Source: Obrimoposthia wandeli (lineage: Eukaryota). From it: a stretch of DNA of 64,000 bases. The notes below the pieces were generated by a model. The model was not told the origin of the DNA. It did no database searches and worked only from the letters and a program-made list of their open reading frames with translations. The stretch covers positions 1,922,001-1,986,000 of the forward strand of contig CDROCS010000506.1 in NCBI GenBank assembly GCA_977020255.1. Reading direction: 5' to 3'. This document shows, one piece after another, positions 22,163 to 33,710 of the stretch (position 1 is the first letter of the stretch; each line of letters opens with the position of its first letter). A program made the translations under genes and the position numbers.

Positions 22163-22427
22163 ATACAATCTAAAGTAGACCGTACAATTGAAATAACTAG
22201 GTATTATCTAGTTTTTTTCGCCTCAAGAATACTCAAGAACACTTCATTGTTATTACCGAAGTAATAACGTGTTTTAAGAACTTCTTTATTTATTCAGCTT
22301 TCCAAATTTTTAAAGAGCATTTGCTAAAAAGCAAAGATAAACGATGCTTATCTTTACTTTCTAACGTCTTTAACGTTTTCTATTCAAGCAATTTGTGTGG
22401 GCACTTACAAAGATTAACAACTTTACG

Positions 22428-22548
22428 TAAGGAGGTGATCCAGCCCCAGGTTCCCCTAGGGCTACCTTGTTACGACTTCACCCCAGTCATGAACCACACC
22501 GTGGTCATCGCCCTCCCGAAGGTTAAGCTAATGACTTCTGGTGCAGCC

Positions 22549-22602
<54 letters not shown>

Positions 22603-22760
22603 GACATTCTGATTCACGATTACTAGCGATTCCGACTTCATGGGGTCGAGTTGCAGACCCCAATCCGGACTACGACGCACTTTATGGGATTCGCTTACCA
22701 TCGCTGGTTTGCAGCCCTTTGTATGCGCCATTGTAGCACGTGTGTAGCCCTACTCGTAAG

Positions 22761-22813
<53 letters not shown>

Positions 22814-22853
22814 CTCCTTAGAGTTCCCACCATTACGTGCTGGCAAATAAGGA

Positions 22854-22889
<36 letters not shown>

Positions 22890-22895
22890 TTCACA

Positions 22896-22927
<32 letters not shown>

Positions 22928-22983
22928 CTCACAGTTCCCGAAGGCACTGAGGTATCTCTACCAGATTCTGTGGATGTCAAGAG

Positions 22984-23054
<71 letters not shown>

Positions 23055-23160
23055 ATTTGAGTTTTAACCTTGCGGCCGTACTCCCCAGGCGGTCTACTTA
23101 ATGCGTTAGCTTAAGAGCCCAGTTCTCAAGGAACCAAACTCCGAGTAGACATCGTTTACG

Positions 23161-23194
<34 letters not shown>

Positions 23195-23417
23195 ACCCAC
23201 GCTTTCGCATCTGAGCGTCAGTTACTTGCCAGGTGGCCGCCTTCGCCACTGGTATTCCTTCAGATCTCTACGCATTTCACCGCTACACCTGAAATTCTAC
23301 CACCCTCTCAAGAACTCTAGTTTGCCAGTTCGAAATGCAGTTCCCAGGTTGAGCCCGGGGCTTTCACATCTCGCTTAACAAACCGCCTGCATGCGCTTTA
23401 CGCCCAGTAATTCCGAT

Positions 23418-23473
<56 letters not shown>

Positions 23474-23600
23474 CTTCTGCGAGTAACGTCACAGTAACAA
23501 CGTATTAATGCTTACCTTTCCTCCTCGCTGAAAGTACTTTACAACCCGAAGGCCTTCTTCATACACGCGGTATGGCTGCATCAGGCTTTCGCCCATTGTG

Positions 23601-23683
<83 letters not shown>

Positions 23684-23971
23684 GGGATCGTCGCCTTGGT
23701 GAGCTCTTACCTCACCAACAAGCTAATCCCACTTGGGCTCATCTAGTCGCGAGAGCTTTCAAGAAGAGGCCCCCTTTCACCCGTAGGTCGTATGCGGTAT
23801 TAGCAGTCGTTTCCAACTGTTGTCCCCCTCGACTAGGCAGATTCCCAAGCATTACTCACCCGTCCGCCGCTCGACGCCAGAATAGCAAGCTATTCTTCGT
23901 TTCCGCTCGACTTGCATGTGTTAAGCCTACCGCCAGCGTTCAATCTGAGCCATGATCAAACTCTTCAATTA
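22428..23971 (-). rRNA. rrs: 16S rRNA
   Basis: AGAGTTTGATCATGGCTCAG at the 5' end and GATCACCTCCTTA at the 3' end; V1 region resembles Moritella. Confidence 0.98.
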
Positions 23972-24166
23972 AAAGTTTTTTGACTAACCCAATCTACAAG
24001 TAGATTGAATTAAGTCGGCTCAATGAATTCTGTACTTCAACAACAAACCGAAGTTCATTGTTTATAAAACCAAATCTTTCGATTTAATTTAATGTTCACA
24101 ATTACATTGATATAATATTTGGTCATTATATCTCTGCAAGTGCTCACACAGATTGCTTGAATAAAT

Positions 24167-24178
24167 TGTTAAAGAGCG
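24167..24178 (-). promoter_or_regulatory. rrn leader boxA antiterminator
   Basis: Minus strand CGCTCTTTAACA. Confidence 0.8.
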
Positions 24179-24214
24179 TTGACCTTGACGTCTTGTGTCG
24201 TAGTCAGGCTGCGC

Positions 24215-24242
24215 ATTCTACGCAAACCAGTTTCGAAGTCAA
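24215..24242 (-). promoter_or_regulatory. rrn P2 promoter
   Basis: TTGACT-16-TAGAAT followed by GC-rich discriminator GCGCAGC. Confidence 0.85.
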
Positions 24243-24336
24243 GCACATATTAATGCTTTATTCAGGACGTTTAAAAAGTAACCGAAGTTGATTTAAACAC
24301 CTAACTGAGCGGCTGTTGCCATATCAGTGAGGCGCC

Positions 24337-24364
24337 ATTATAGGGATTTAACCTTTACAGGCAA
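24337..24364 (-). promoter_or_regulatory. rrn P1 promoter
   Basis: TTGCCT-16-TATAAT, discriminator GGCGCC, AT-rich UP element upstream. Confidence 0.85.
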
Positions 24365-24460
24365 GTGATTTATAAAAAAATAATATAGCGCTATCAAGCT
24401 TGGTTGTTTACCATGCTATTTGCATATTTAACTAACATTCATGACTATATAAGGACAATA

Positions 24461-25003
24461 ATGAGTATTTCACTTCGAAAATACCAAGGGATCTCACCGC
24501 AAATAGCTAACTCTGCTTATATAGATAAGTCAGCAGTCCTAATCGGCGATATAACAATAGCCGATGATGCCAGTGTATGGCCGCTCGTTGCTGCGCGTGG
24601 AGACGTTAATAAAATATCGATTGGTGCCCGTACCAATGTCCAAGACGGTTGTATATTACATGTCACCCGAAAAAGTGCAGCAAATCCGAACGGTATACCA
24701 TTAATTATCGGAGAGGATGTAACCGTAGGTCATAAAGCTTTATTGCATGCTTGCACTATCGGCAATCGAGTATTAGTCGGTATGGGCGCAATTGTACTTG
24801 ATGGTGCCATTATCGAAGATGATGTAATGATAGGTGCGGGAACATTGGTCCCACCAAGAAAAACACTCGCCAGTGGATACCTTTATATCGGTAGCCCAGC
24901 AAAACAAGCTAGAAAATTAACTAATGATGAAATTTCATTTTTGAAACTATCAGCAGATAATTATGTGGTGCTTAAAAATGAATATATAGAAGATAACCAA
25001 TAG
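24461..25003 (+). CDS. yrdA: Gamma carbonic anhydrase family protein
   Basis: Hexapeptide repeats, RGDVN, NVQDG and VTVGH; start set at MSISLRKY (AAGGA RBS). Confidence 0.9.
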   Translation: MSISLRKYQGISPQIANSAYIDKSAVLIGDITIADDASVWPLVAARGDVNKISIGARTNVQDGCILHVTRKSAANPNGIPLIIGEDVTVGHKALLHACTIGNRVLVGMGAIVLDGAIIEDDVMIGAGTLVPPRKTLASGYLYIGSPAKQARKLTNDEISFLKLSADNYVVLKNEYIEDNQ

Positions 25004-25059
25004 CCCTAAAGGCTAATCGTAGAGACTAATATCCGCTAATTAAGCTTAGCGGATTAACA

Positions 25060-25872
25060 CTATTTAATTGTTGTTCTTAATGCTTCAAGCACAGGAGCCA
25101 TCTTAGGCATAACACCTCGCCAAACATTAAAGCTTTCAGCTGCCTGACCGACCAACATGCCAAGTCCATCAATAACCAACTCAGCCCCTTGTTCTGCAGC
25201 CCATAAATTAAAAGCAGTCGCATCCGCTTTGTACATCATGTCATAACAGATCGTATTGTTATCGACTAATGCAGGCGAGATTGCCGGAACTAAACCCGAT
25301 AAGCTTGCTGATGTTGAATTAATAATAAGATCAAAGTCACCCGTTAATGCAGCAAAAGCACATGCGGTCACCAAGCCTTTATCATCAAATAACCTAGCTA
25401 ACTGCTGCGCCTTAGCATCCGTACGATTTGCGATCACTAATTCTGTAATGTTTTGGTCTAACAATGGTCCAATCACACCACGAGCAGCACCTCCCGCACC
25501 TAACAATAATACCCGTTTATTTGCGAGCGACGTATATTGTAATAAATCGTGCACTAAACCAAAGCCATCAGTGTTATCACCAACTACCTGACCATCATCA
25601 GTAAGCAGTAACGTATTTACTGCGCCAGCAAGTTCTGCACGCGGCGTTAATTGCTGCGCAAATAAAAATGCTTCTTCTTTAAAAGGCACAGTGATATTAC
25701 AACCCAGACCGCCTTGAGAAAAAAAATCATTCATTGCAACAGTAAAACCATTTATTGGCGCTTCAATGGCGTCATAACTCAAGTCCTGCGTAGTTTGCTG
25801 CGCAAATAAAGCGTGGATCATAGGTGATTTACTGTGGTTTATTGGATTACCAAATACGGCATAACGATCCAT
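25060..25872 (-). CDS. aroE: Shikimate dehydrogenase
   Basis: [23 protein letters not shown] and GAGGAARG motifs. Confidence 0.96.
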   Translation of the reverse strand: MDRYAVFGNPINHSKSPMIHALFAQQTTQDLSYDAIEAPINGFTVAMNDFFSQGGLGCNITVPFKEEAFLFAQQLTPRAELAGAVNTLLLTDDGQVVGDNTDGFGLVHDLLQYTSLANKRVLLLGAGGAARGVIGPLLDQNITELVIANRTDAKAQQLARLFDDKGLVTACAFAALTGDFDLIINSTSASLSGLVPAISPALVDNNTICYDMMYKADATAFNLWAAEQGAELVIDGLGMLVGQAAESFNVWRGVMPKMAPVLEALRTTIK

Positions 25873-25968
25873 TCAACATAACTCCTGTAATGAAATAAAT
25901 AGAAGGAAAACCTAGTAAACAACGCTTCGCGTATATTGGTCAATAGGTATTATCAAGATTAAGGATGA

Positions 25969-26556
25969 TTAACGGTAGACCTTACCGGTCAGTGCATCTG
26001 TAATTGTTGTCGGCTGGGCAAGATCACCCACGTCAGCGTCCACAATTACACCCAGTAATGGAGCAAGTTGTTGCGTGACTTCAGCGGTCGTAACACAAGG
26101 TGTTAGCCCAGTTAAATTAGCACTGGTTGAAGTGATAGGCCCGCCAAATGCGAGACACAATTGTTGTACGGTCTGGTGTGCAGAGACACGTACGGCGATA
26201 CTATCGAATTGTCCGGTTAACCATTTAGGTACTTGCGCTTTAGCAGGCATAACCCAAGTCGCAGGACCAGGCCAAGTCTGCTTAATATTATCGATTTGCA
26301 GCGCAGATAATTTACTTAGATCAACATAATGCTCTAGCTGGGCTAAATTAGCGGCAATTAAGATCAGCCCCTTTTCAACAGGCCGTTGTTTAATAGTGAG
26401 CAAGCGTTGAACTGCGCTTTCATTCATAGGGTCGCAACCTAAGCCAAATACAGCTTCAGTTGGATAAGCAATAACTTGCTGGTTTTTTAACGCGATAACA
26501 GCGTTACTAATAGCGGTTGAATTATTCACTAGATTATATCTATTATTAATAGTCAT
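25969..26556 (-). CDS. tsaC: Threonylcarbamoyl-AMP synthase
   Basis: YPTEAVFGLGCDP, KQRPVEKGLIL and STSAN motifs. Confidence 0.93.
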   Translation of the reverse strand: MTINNRYNLVNNSTAISNAVIALKNQQVIAYPTEAVFGLGCDPMNESAVQRLLTIKQRPVEKGLILIAANLAQLEHYVDLSKLSALQIDNIKQTWPGPATWVMPAKAQVPKWLTGQFDSIAVRVSAHQTVQQLCLAFGGPITSTSANLTGLTPCVTTAEVTQQLAPLLGVIVDADVGDLAQPTTITDALTGKVYR

Positions 26557-26633
26557 AAATAAAAATGGTAGCTTACGCTACCATTTCTTACTCTATAACG
26601 ACAGTTATAAGCTTAGTTTATTACTAATTACAG

Positions 26634-27143
26634 TTACAGCGCTTTTAATTTAGCTTGTAATGCTGCGTCTTTAGCAATAATGCTTTCTGCATTAGCTTGA
26701 CGTTCAGCTTTTACTTTCGCAGCCATTTCTGGATTACCGATTGCTAGCATTTGTGCAGCAAGATAACCCGCATTTTTAGCACCAGCACTACCGATTGCTA
26801 CAGAAGCAACAGGTACGCCACCAGGCATTTGCACTGTTGATAATAATGCGTCCATACCTTGTAACGGGCCTGCGTCAATTGGCACGCCAATAACAGGATG
26901 CGTTGTAATACCTGCTACTGCGCCAGCTAAATGCGCAGCTAAACCAGCAGCACAGATAAATACAGCACAACCACGACTTTCAGCATCAGTCACATACGCA
27001 TGTGTCGCTGCTGGAGTACGGTGAGCAGAAGTTACTTTTACTTCATACTTAATTTCAAATGATTTAAGTACGTTCAGTGTAGCCTGCATCACAGGTAAAT
27101 CTGAATCTGAGCCCATTAATACTGCAACAAATTGTGTAGACAT
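26634..27143 (-). CDS. purE: AIR carboxylase / N5-CAIR mutase PurE
   Basis: MGSDSD, SAHRTP, AAHLAG, PVIGVP and STVQMPGGVPVA motifs. Confidence 0.95.
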   Translation of the reverse strand: MSTQFVAVLMGSDSDLPVMQATLNVLKSFEIKYEVKVTSAHRTPAATHAYVTDAESRGCAVFICAAGLAAHLAGAVAGITTHPVIGVPIDAGPLQGMDALLSTVQMPGGVPVASVAIGSAGAKNAGYLAAQMLAIGNPEMAAKVKAERQANAESIIAKDAALQAKLKAL

Positions 27144-27204
27144 AATTATTCCCTTTCCGTATGAGTTATTTTTAATTGGTTAAATTAATCGATAGTGTTA
27201 ATCA

Positions 27205-27774
27205 CTATTCTAATAAAGCACGCTTATAGCCACAGCTTTTCTGCGGACAAATAAGTTGTTTTCCATTACTGGTTTTCTTTTCCACTAAGATGCCCCACTT
27301 ACACTCGGGACATTCTTCTGAAACAGGTTTGAAATTAATAATGTATTTACACTTAGGGTATTTATTACAAGAATAAAATATCTTGCCGAAACGTGATTTT
27401 TTTTGCAGTAGTTCACCCAATTTACACTGTGGACAATCGACACCGGTCTCATCTGGCGTTTCTGTTTTCGACATATAATTGCAAGTAGGAAATTGGGTAC
27501 AACCGATGAAAAAGCCATAACGACCGCGTTTCAATGCGAGTTCATGTTGACACTCTGGACATTCAGAACCGGTAAGGACTTTGTCATCTTCAAAATGAGA
27601 TTGATTTGATAATGGGCGTGAATAATCACAATTGGGATAATTATTGCAACCTAAAAAGGGCCCGGATTTGGCATTCTTAATACTTAACTCAGCACCACAT
27701 TGTGGGCAGGTCTCGTACTCTTTCTCCAAGGCATGTTCATGAACTGTAAATAATTTTTCGTCATTTTTAGACAT
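27205..27774 (-). CDS. yrdD: Topoisomerase I C-terminal-like C4 zinc-finger protein
   Basis: Repeated CPxCG...F.GC..YP.C modules. Confidence 0.88.
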   Translation of the reverse strand: MSKNDEKLFTVHEHALEKEYETCPQCGAELSIKNAKSGPFLGCNNYPNCDYSRPLSNQSHFEDDKVLTGSECPECQHELALKRGRYGFFIGCTQFPTCNYMSKTETPDETGVDCPQCKLGELLQKKSRFGKIFYSCNKYPKCKYIINFKPVSEECPECKWGILVEKKTSNGKQLICPQKSCGYKRALLE

Positions 27775-27881
27775 TTGAACAATTTTTAAGTAAATAATTG
27801 ATGGGCGAATATTAGCAAAACTGACATATTATGCCAGTATTTAATGTAATTAAAATCGCCATTTCACTGTGTCATTCAATT

Positions 27882-28358
27882 TTAATGTAAGTAATTTAGC
27901 GTTTTTTCATGCACTAATTCTTCCATTTGTAGATAGGCTTGCTCACCATTTGGCACGTTAAAAAGCACCATAAGAATGACCCACTTAATATCTTCAAGGT
28001 CTAAATTGGTGTTTTCCAATTCAACTAAGCGATCAATAGCCATTTCTCTGGTTTCAATGTTTAGTACATTAATGTGTTCTAAAAATAACAGAAAACCACG
28101 GCATTCCGTGTTTATGAAGAGTTGCTCAGTGTCAGTATAAATCCGCATCGAACCAACGCTTGATACCAGCAGGTGAGTTTGTACGCCACCACTACGTAAT
28201 TCGACTAAATTCTCAATCCAGGTAATGGCTTTATGTATTTCAGCTTCAGCAAAACCGGCCTGAATTAATTCATCGAGCAAGTTATCTCGATCAACTAAGA
28301 ACTCAGATTCATTTTGTTCATAAAAATTTTCGAAAAGATAAATAAGTATATCTAACAT
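27882..28358 (-). CDS. smg: Smg (DUF494) protein
   Basis: MLDILIYLFE...AGF...KWVILMVLFN...LH. Confidence 0.92.
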   Translation of the reverse strand: MLDILIYLFENFYEQNESEFLVDRDNLLDELIQAGFAEAEIHKAITWIENLVELRSGGVQTHLLVSSVGSMRIYTDTEQLFINTECRGFLLFLEHINVLNIETREMAIDRLVELENTNLDLEDIKWVILMVLFNVPNGEQAYLQMEELVHEKTLNYLH

Positions 28359-29464
28359 TAGCCCCTCCGTTGCGATCTCACATAACCACCAGGCACAGCA
28401 TTGATCCAGTTATCAAGTTCTAGTTCAATTAAACTCGTTAATACTTGGCTAACGGGTTGTTGGCTGCGCTCAGCAATTAGGTCTGCTGTCGTTACTTCAT
28501 AACCGACATTATCTAAGATAATTTGATTTGGCAATGAAACAGTTTCTGGATCTGATTTGAACAGGTCTGTTTGTTCAAAATTCGTACGTACATTTATATA
28601 TGTGAGTTCATCAGTAATATCACTGGTTTGGGTGATTAGTTTCGCCCCTTGCTGGATCAGATGATGGCATCCTGCAGCGACAGGATTATCAACAACACCA
28701 GGTAAAGCAAAGACTTCCCTGCCTTGTTCAAGGGCATAACGTGCAGATATCAATGAGCCACTGTTTAATGCCGCCTCAACCACCACGACACCAAGTGAAA
28801 GACCACTAACAATACGATTTCGACGAGGGAAGTGTTCTGGTCTCGCTTGGGTAAAAGGACTGAATTCAGAAACCAATGCACCTTGTTCTCGGATCTGTTG
28901 GGCTAACTTGAGATGCCGTTTAGGATAAATTTTTGCTAAACCTGAACCTAACACAGCAATTGTGTCTCCCTTAACAGCTAATGCACTACGGTGACACTCG
29001 CTATCAACACCTATCGCCAAACCACTGGTGACAACGAGCCCTAATTGCGCTAATTCTGCTGCAAAAGTGTGAGCGTACCTTTTGCCATAATAACTCGGCG
29101 CCCGCGTACCAACCATGGCAATTTGTGGTTTAGAGATTAACTCAACATTACCTTCAAGATATAGGAGCAGCGGTGGAGCAGGAATATTTTTTAATGCCAC
29201 GGGATAGTGAGTAGCGGTGATAGGAATTAAGTAACGATTATCTTGCTCTGCTAGCCAATTGAGACTGCGATCAATAGCCTGCCAATCTGGGTCTAGGATA
29301 GCTTGTTGCTGCGCGGTATCTAAACCAAGTGATTGTAGATACTGCGCAGAACGAGTAAATAATTTAGTTAATGATGTTTTCTGTAATAATTTTAGCGCTC
29401 TACTGCCCCCGATTTTAGGGACTTCATATAATGCTAACCAATACTTATCTTGTTCATTAACCAT
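28358..29464 (-). CDS. dprA: DNA processing protein DprA
   Basis: VGTRAPS, VTSGLAIGVD, FPRRNRIVSG and SGSLISA motifs. Confidence 0.95.
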   Translation of the reverse strand: MVNEQDKYWLALYEVPKIGGSRALKLLQKTSLTKLFTRSAQYLQSLGLDTAQQQAILDPDWQAIDRSLNWLAEQDNRYLIPITATHYPVALKNIPAPPLLLYLEGNVELISKPQIAMVGTRAPSYYGKRYAHTFAAELAQLGLVVTSGLAIGVDSECHRSALAVKGDTIAVLGSGLAKIYPKRHLKLAQQIREQGALVSEFSPFTQARPEHFPRRNRIVSGLSLGVVVVEAALNSGSLISARYALEQGREVFALPGVVDNPVAAGCHHLIQQGAKLITQTSDITDELTYINVRTNFEQTDLFKSDPETVSLPNQIILDNVGYEVTTADLIAERSQQPVSQVLTSLIELELDNWINAVPGGYVRSQRRG

Positions 29465-29486
29465 AATTACACTTACACCCTAGTTA

Positions 29487-30578
29487 TCATAAGTTACTTA
29501 CCTTATCGTTAAGTTTAATCACTTGTGAGCTATGTGTAATAAGCGCAAGGCTAACTTTGTCGTAAACTTTGAACACCATCATTTCTCCGACTCGCTCATC
29601 TGGGAGCTGTAGCTCATTTTTATCAGAAAATAGCTTATCGTATTGGTTAACTTGATCACTATAATCAAAATCAAGGTCTTGCTCATGACGGATAATCGTT
29701 TTACCGCGTTTCAATACTGCAAACACATCACCGGCACCGACGCTATCACGCCAACCTCGATTGATAACCACTACATCATTCTTACCAATTGCACTGTAGT
29801 GCTCATCCGCGGAAACAATCAAACCGTCACTCGCCAACTGGAAATTACGCGGTTGAAAATAAACCGGTAACCTATCTTGTTCAGGCATAGGCAGTAACCG
29901 ATCACCTTTACGCGCTTCTTTACTGCTTTTCAAAATCGACAATTTCGCAGGGATAGTATCCGAACCCGTATTTACAACACGTGCTATCGCAATAAATTCG
30001 ACTTCGTTACCTAATTTTTCATTCGTCATCGGATCAATATAAGTACGTCCGCGGCGATAAATACCATATTGGCCAGGTTTTAACGAGCTTGATGCAAAAA
30101 TACTGTGACCAACAATAAATGTACTATTACCATCATTGTTACCTAAGATCACAGGAGCCTGTTTTAATTTATCATCAGCCGCGACATAATCACGACTTAA
30201 AAAAGAATTGATGAGTTTTAACGGTATCGTTGGAATAGCACGGCTGCCTTTTAATTCAGGTCGTGCTTTAGGGGAAACTTTGAGTATACGTTTGCGTATA
30301 TGATTACGTACTAAACGAGGTTGCCCATCAACAAAGATTAATTGTAGTTTATCGCCGGGGTAGATAAGATGCGGATCAGCTAATGCTGGGTTTGCATCCC
30401 ATAATTGTGGCCACAGCCAAGGGCTTTGTAGGTATTTACTTGATATATCCCAGAGCGTATCACCTTCTTTGACGGTGTATTCAGTGGGATAATGATTTTT
30501 TAAGTTTAAGCTATCAGCATGCGCTAAAAAAGGTAAAATAGCAGCCAAAGCAAAGATCAAACGACGTTTTATGGACAT
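29487..30578 (-). CDS. LysM peptidoglycan-binding protein
   Basis: Signal peptide plus YTVKEGDTLWDIS...LIYPGD; conserved dprA/def context. Confidence 0.88.
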   Translation of the reverse strand: MSIKRRLIFALAAILPFLAHADSLNLKNHYPTEYTVKEGDTLWDISSKYLQSPWLWPQLWDANPALADPHLIYPGDKLQLIFVDGQPRLVRNHIRKRILKVSPKARPELKGSRAIPTIPLKLINSFLSRDYVAADDKLKQAPVILGNNDGNSTFIVGHSIFASSSLKPGQYGIYRRGRTYIDPMTNEKLGNEVEFIAIARVVNTGSDTIPAKLSILKSSKEARKGDRLLPMPEQDRLPVYFQPRNFQLASDGLIVSADEHYSAIGKNDVVVINRGWRDSVGAGDVFAVLKRGKTIIRHEQDLDFDYSDQVNQYDKLFSDKNELQLPDERVGEMMVFKVYDKVSLALITHSSQVIKLNDKVSNL

Positions 30579-30683
30579 ATCCTTTCCTAATTGTTGTTTG
30601 AACGCTTATATTTATAGTGATTATTGTAACGTTTTACGTCAAAATTAAGCGTTATTTGAATCCATTCAAAATAAGAAAGTACC

Positions 30684-31187
30684 ATGGCTATATTAGAAGT
30701 TTTACATTTTCCTGATGATCGATTAAAAATGATTGCTCAACCTGTGCAGGAAATCACACCAGCAACACAAATCATCATCGATGACATGCTCGAAACCATG
30801 TATGCCGAAGAAGGCATAGGGTTAGCGGCTGTACAAGTCGATATTTTACAGCGCATTGTTGTTATCGATGTGTCAGGAAAACGCGATGAGCCTCTGATCC
30901 TTATCAACCCAGAGATTACCGAAAAACACGGTGATACGGGAATTGAAGAAGGTTGCCTATCGGTACCAGAATCACGTGCTTTCGTGCCCCGCGCGGAAAG
31001 CGTGACAGTAACAGCATTAGACCGTGACGGAAATAAGTTTACACTAGAAGCTCATGATTTATTAGCCATTTGTTTACAGCACGAAGTAGACCATCTGAAT
31101 GGAAAATTGTTCATTGACTATTTATCACCGTTAAAGCAGTTAAGAATTCGAAAAAAACTAGAAAAGCTAGCACGTCAAAATAAATAA
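30684..31187 (+). CDS. def: Peptide deformylase
   Basis: GIGLAA, EGCLS and QHEVDH motifs. Confidence 0.97.
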   Translation: MAILEVLHFPDDRLKMIAQPVQEITPATQIIIDDMLETMYAEEGIGLAAVQVDILQRIVVIDVSGKRDEPLILINPEITEKHGDTGIEEGCLSVPESRAFVPRAESVTVTALDRDGNKFTLEAHDLLAICLQHEVDHLNGKLFIDYLSPLKQLRIRKKLEKLARQNK

Positions 31188-31209
31188 GAATACAAAATAG
31201 GAATTAACC

Positions 31210-32163
31210 TTGACCAAACCACTACGTATTATTTTTGCCGGCACACCTGATTTTGCCGCAAAACACCTCTCTGCATTAATAAATTCAGAGCATGAAGTGA
31301 TCGCTGCATATAGCCAACCCGATCGCCCAGCAGGTCGCGGCAAAAAATTAAAACCAAGTGATGTAAAGCAACTTGCTGTTAGCCATGACATCCCTGTTTA
31401 TCAACCAATCAGTTTACGTAATGAAGACGCTCAACAAGAATTAGCCGCGTTAAATGCCGACTTAATGGTTGTAGTAGCCTACGGCTTAATCTTGCCACAG
31501 ATCGTACTTGATACACCACGCTTAGGCTGTATTAACGTGCACGGTTCATTACTACCAAGATGGCGCGGTGCAGCACCAATCCAACGTGCAATTTGGGCTG
31601 GCGATGCCGAAACAGGCGTCACGATTATGCAAATGGATTTAGGTCTTGATACAGGCGCGATGCTACATAAAGTGACATGCCCGATTGCAGATGATGAAAC
31701 CAGTGCCAGTTTATATGACAAACTAGCAGAACTGGGACCACAAGGCTTACTCGAAACATTAGCACAAATCAGTAACAACACTGCCGTTGCTGAAGTGCAA
31801 GATGACGAACAATCAAACTATGCTGCGAAGCTAAGTAAAGAAGAGGCCAACATAGATTGGACTCAATCTGCTGTAGAGATTGAACGTCAAGTACGTGCTT
31901 TTAACCCTTGGCCTGTAAGCTACACCCAAATTGCCGAACAAAATGTTAAAATTTGGCAAGCAAGCGTGAGTGAAGAAACAACTGACGCACAGCCAGGTAC
32001 TGTCATAGCAGCAACCAAACAAGGCATTCAAGTCGCAACAGGTAATGGCGTGTTAACGTTATTAAACATGCAACTTGCAGGTAAGAAAGCTATGCCGGTG
32101 CAAGACATATTAAACGCTCGTAAAGAGTGGTTTACTGTTGGTCAATTACTTAATTCTATTTAA
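31210..32163 (+). CDS. fmt: Methionyl-tRNA formyltransferase
   Basis: FAGTPDFA and [16 protein letters not shown] motifs. Confidence 0.97.
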   Translation: MTKPLRIIFAGTPDFAAKHLSALINSEHEVIAAYSQPDRPAGRGKKLKPSDVKQLAVSHDIPVYQPISLRNEDAQQELAALNADLMVVVAYGLILPQIVLDTPRLGCINVHGSLLPRWRGAAPIQRAIWAGDAETGVTIMQMDLGLDTGAMLHKVTCPIADDETSASLYDKLAELGPQGLLETLAQISNNTAVAEVQDDEQSNYAAKLSKEEANIDWTQSAVEIERQVRAFNPWPVSYTQIAEQNVKIWQASVSEETTDAQPGTVIAATKQGIQVATGNGVLTLLNMQLAGKKAMPVQDILNARKEWFTVGQLLNSI

Positions 32164-32214
32164 TATTTATAACCGTTTAGTAATGTTAAACGGTTCTACT
32201 GCGGATATACATAC

Positions 32215-33510
32215 ATGAAAACCAGAGCTAGCGCTGCAAAAGTACTTTACCAAGTAGTTGATAGAGGCCAGTCATTGACGACAGCTTTACCGATTGCCCA
32301 GCAATTATTACCTGCCAAGGATCGTGCTTTACTACAGGAGATCTGTTACGGCGTATTGCGTTGGTTGCCACGTCTTGAGTTTGTTAGCCGTCAGCTAATG
32401 AGCAAGCCACTAATTGGCAAACAGCGACCTGTGCATTTCCTGATTTTGGTTGGCTTATACCAATTAAAATACATGCGTATCCCTGCACATGCAGCCGTAG
32501 CTGAAACAGTTAACGCGATTAAAGTATTAAAATCACCTAAATTAAGTGGTTTGGTGAATGCTATTTTACGTAACTACCAGCGCCAACAAGAAGACCTAGA
32601 AGTCCTAGCAGACGGTAACGATGCGTGTAAATTTGGTCATCCAGGTTGGTTAATCAAACGTATTAAAGCCGCTTACCCTAAGCAATGGCAAGCTGTGTTA
32701 ACCGCGAACAACGAACGTCCACCTATGTGGATCCGTGTTAACCAACAGCACCATAACCGTAGCGACTACCAAGCACTGCTTGCAGCTGACGATATTGTTG
32801 CTGAAATAGTGGATAGTGCAGATTCGGCATTACGTTTAGAAAAACCAACTGACGTTTATAAGTTAGCTGGTTTTGCTGAAGGTCATAGCTCAGTACAAGA
32901 TGGCGCAGCACAGTTTGCCGCGCAATTCTTAGATGCACAACCAGGCGAGTTAGTACTTGATGCTTGTGCTGCTCCAGGTGGTAAAACAGCCCACATTCTA
33001 GAACGTCAACCAGCACTAAAACATCTTGTAGCTGTCGACTTTGATGAAACGCGTCTAGCTCGTGTACAAGAAAATCTAACCCGTATGCAGTTAGAAGCAG
33101 AACTCATTCACGGTGATGCTAGCAAGCCTGAAGATTGGTGGAAAGGCGATAAGTTTGACCGTATTCTGCTAGACGCGCCTTGTAGTGCAACCGGTGTTAT
33201 TCGTCGTCACCCAGATATCAAATGGTTACGTCGTGACTCTGACATCGCGCCATTAGTGCAACTACAAGCTGAAATTTTAGATGCTATGTGGAAGCAACTT
33301 AAACCGGGCGGCACACTTTTATACGCAACATGCTCAATTCTGCCGGCTGAAAACAGCGAGCAAATTAGCCAGTTTGTAGCACGTACAGCTGATGCAGTAC
33401 TAGTACCACTTAATGCAAACAGTGAAGACAAAGCGTTTAGCTGGCAGATCCTACCGAATACTCAAGGTATGGACGGTTTCTTCTACGCTAAGTTACAAAA
33501 AAAAGCATAA
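32215..33510 (+). CDS. rsmB: 16S rRNA m5C967 methyltransferase
   Basis: NusB-like N-terminus, [17 protein letters not shown] and YATCS. Confidence 0.95.
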   Translation: MKTRASAAKVLYQVVDRGQSLTTALPIAQQLLPAKDRALLQEICYGVLRWLPRLEFVSRQLMSKPLIGKQRPVHFLILVGLYQLKYMRIPAHAAVAETVNAIKVLKSPKLSGLVNAILRNYQRQQEDLEVLADGNDACKFGHPGWLIKRIKAAYPKQWQAVLTANNERPPMWIRVNQQHHNRSDYQALLAADDIVAEIVDSADSALRLEKPTDVYKLAGFAEGHSSVQDGAAQFAAQFLDAQPGELVLDACAAPGGKTAHILERQPALKHLVAVDFDETRLARVQENLTRMQLEAELIHGDASKPEDWWKGDKFDRILLDAPCSATGVIRRHPDIKWLRRDSDIAPLVQLQAEILDAMWKQLKPGGTLLYATCSILPAENSEQISQFVARTADAVLVPLNANSEDKAFSWQILPNTQGMDGFFYAKLQKKA

Positions 33511-33710
33511 CGATACCTAGTTATACTCAGTTACTGAGTATCTAGCCCTTATAGCCAACGGATGAATTATTATCATTTGGCTATAAGTTATTGGCGTTAT
33601 TCAACTATTGTCTTTAACTCAGCTTTTAGCTTAGTTCGACTTTAGCTTAGATAGGCGTAGAATAGCGTTATCAAAACAGATCACGACAATTTTATTTGGT
33701 GCGAGGTTAA

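Noticed and set aside
20546-23955. ORF-track entries inside the rRNA operon
   Set aside because: They lie within 16S/23S rRNA sequence and are chance frames
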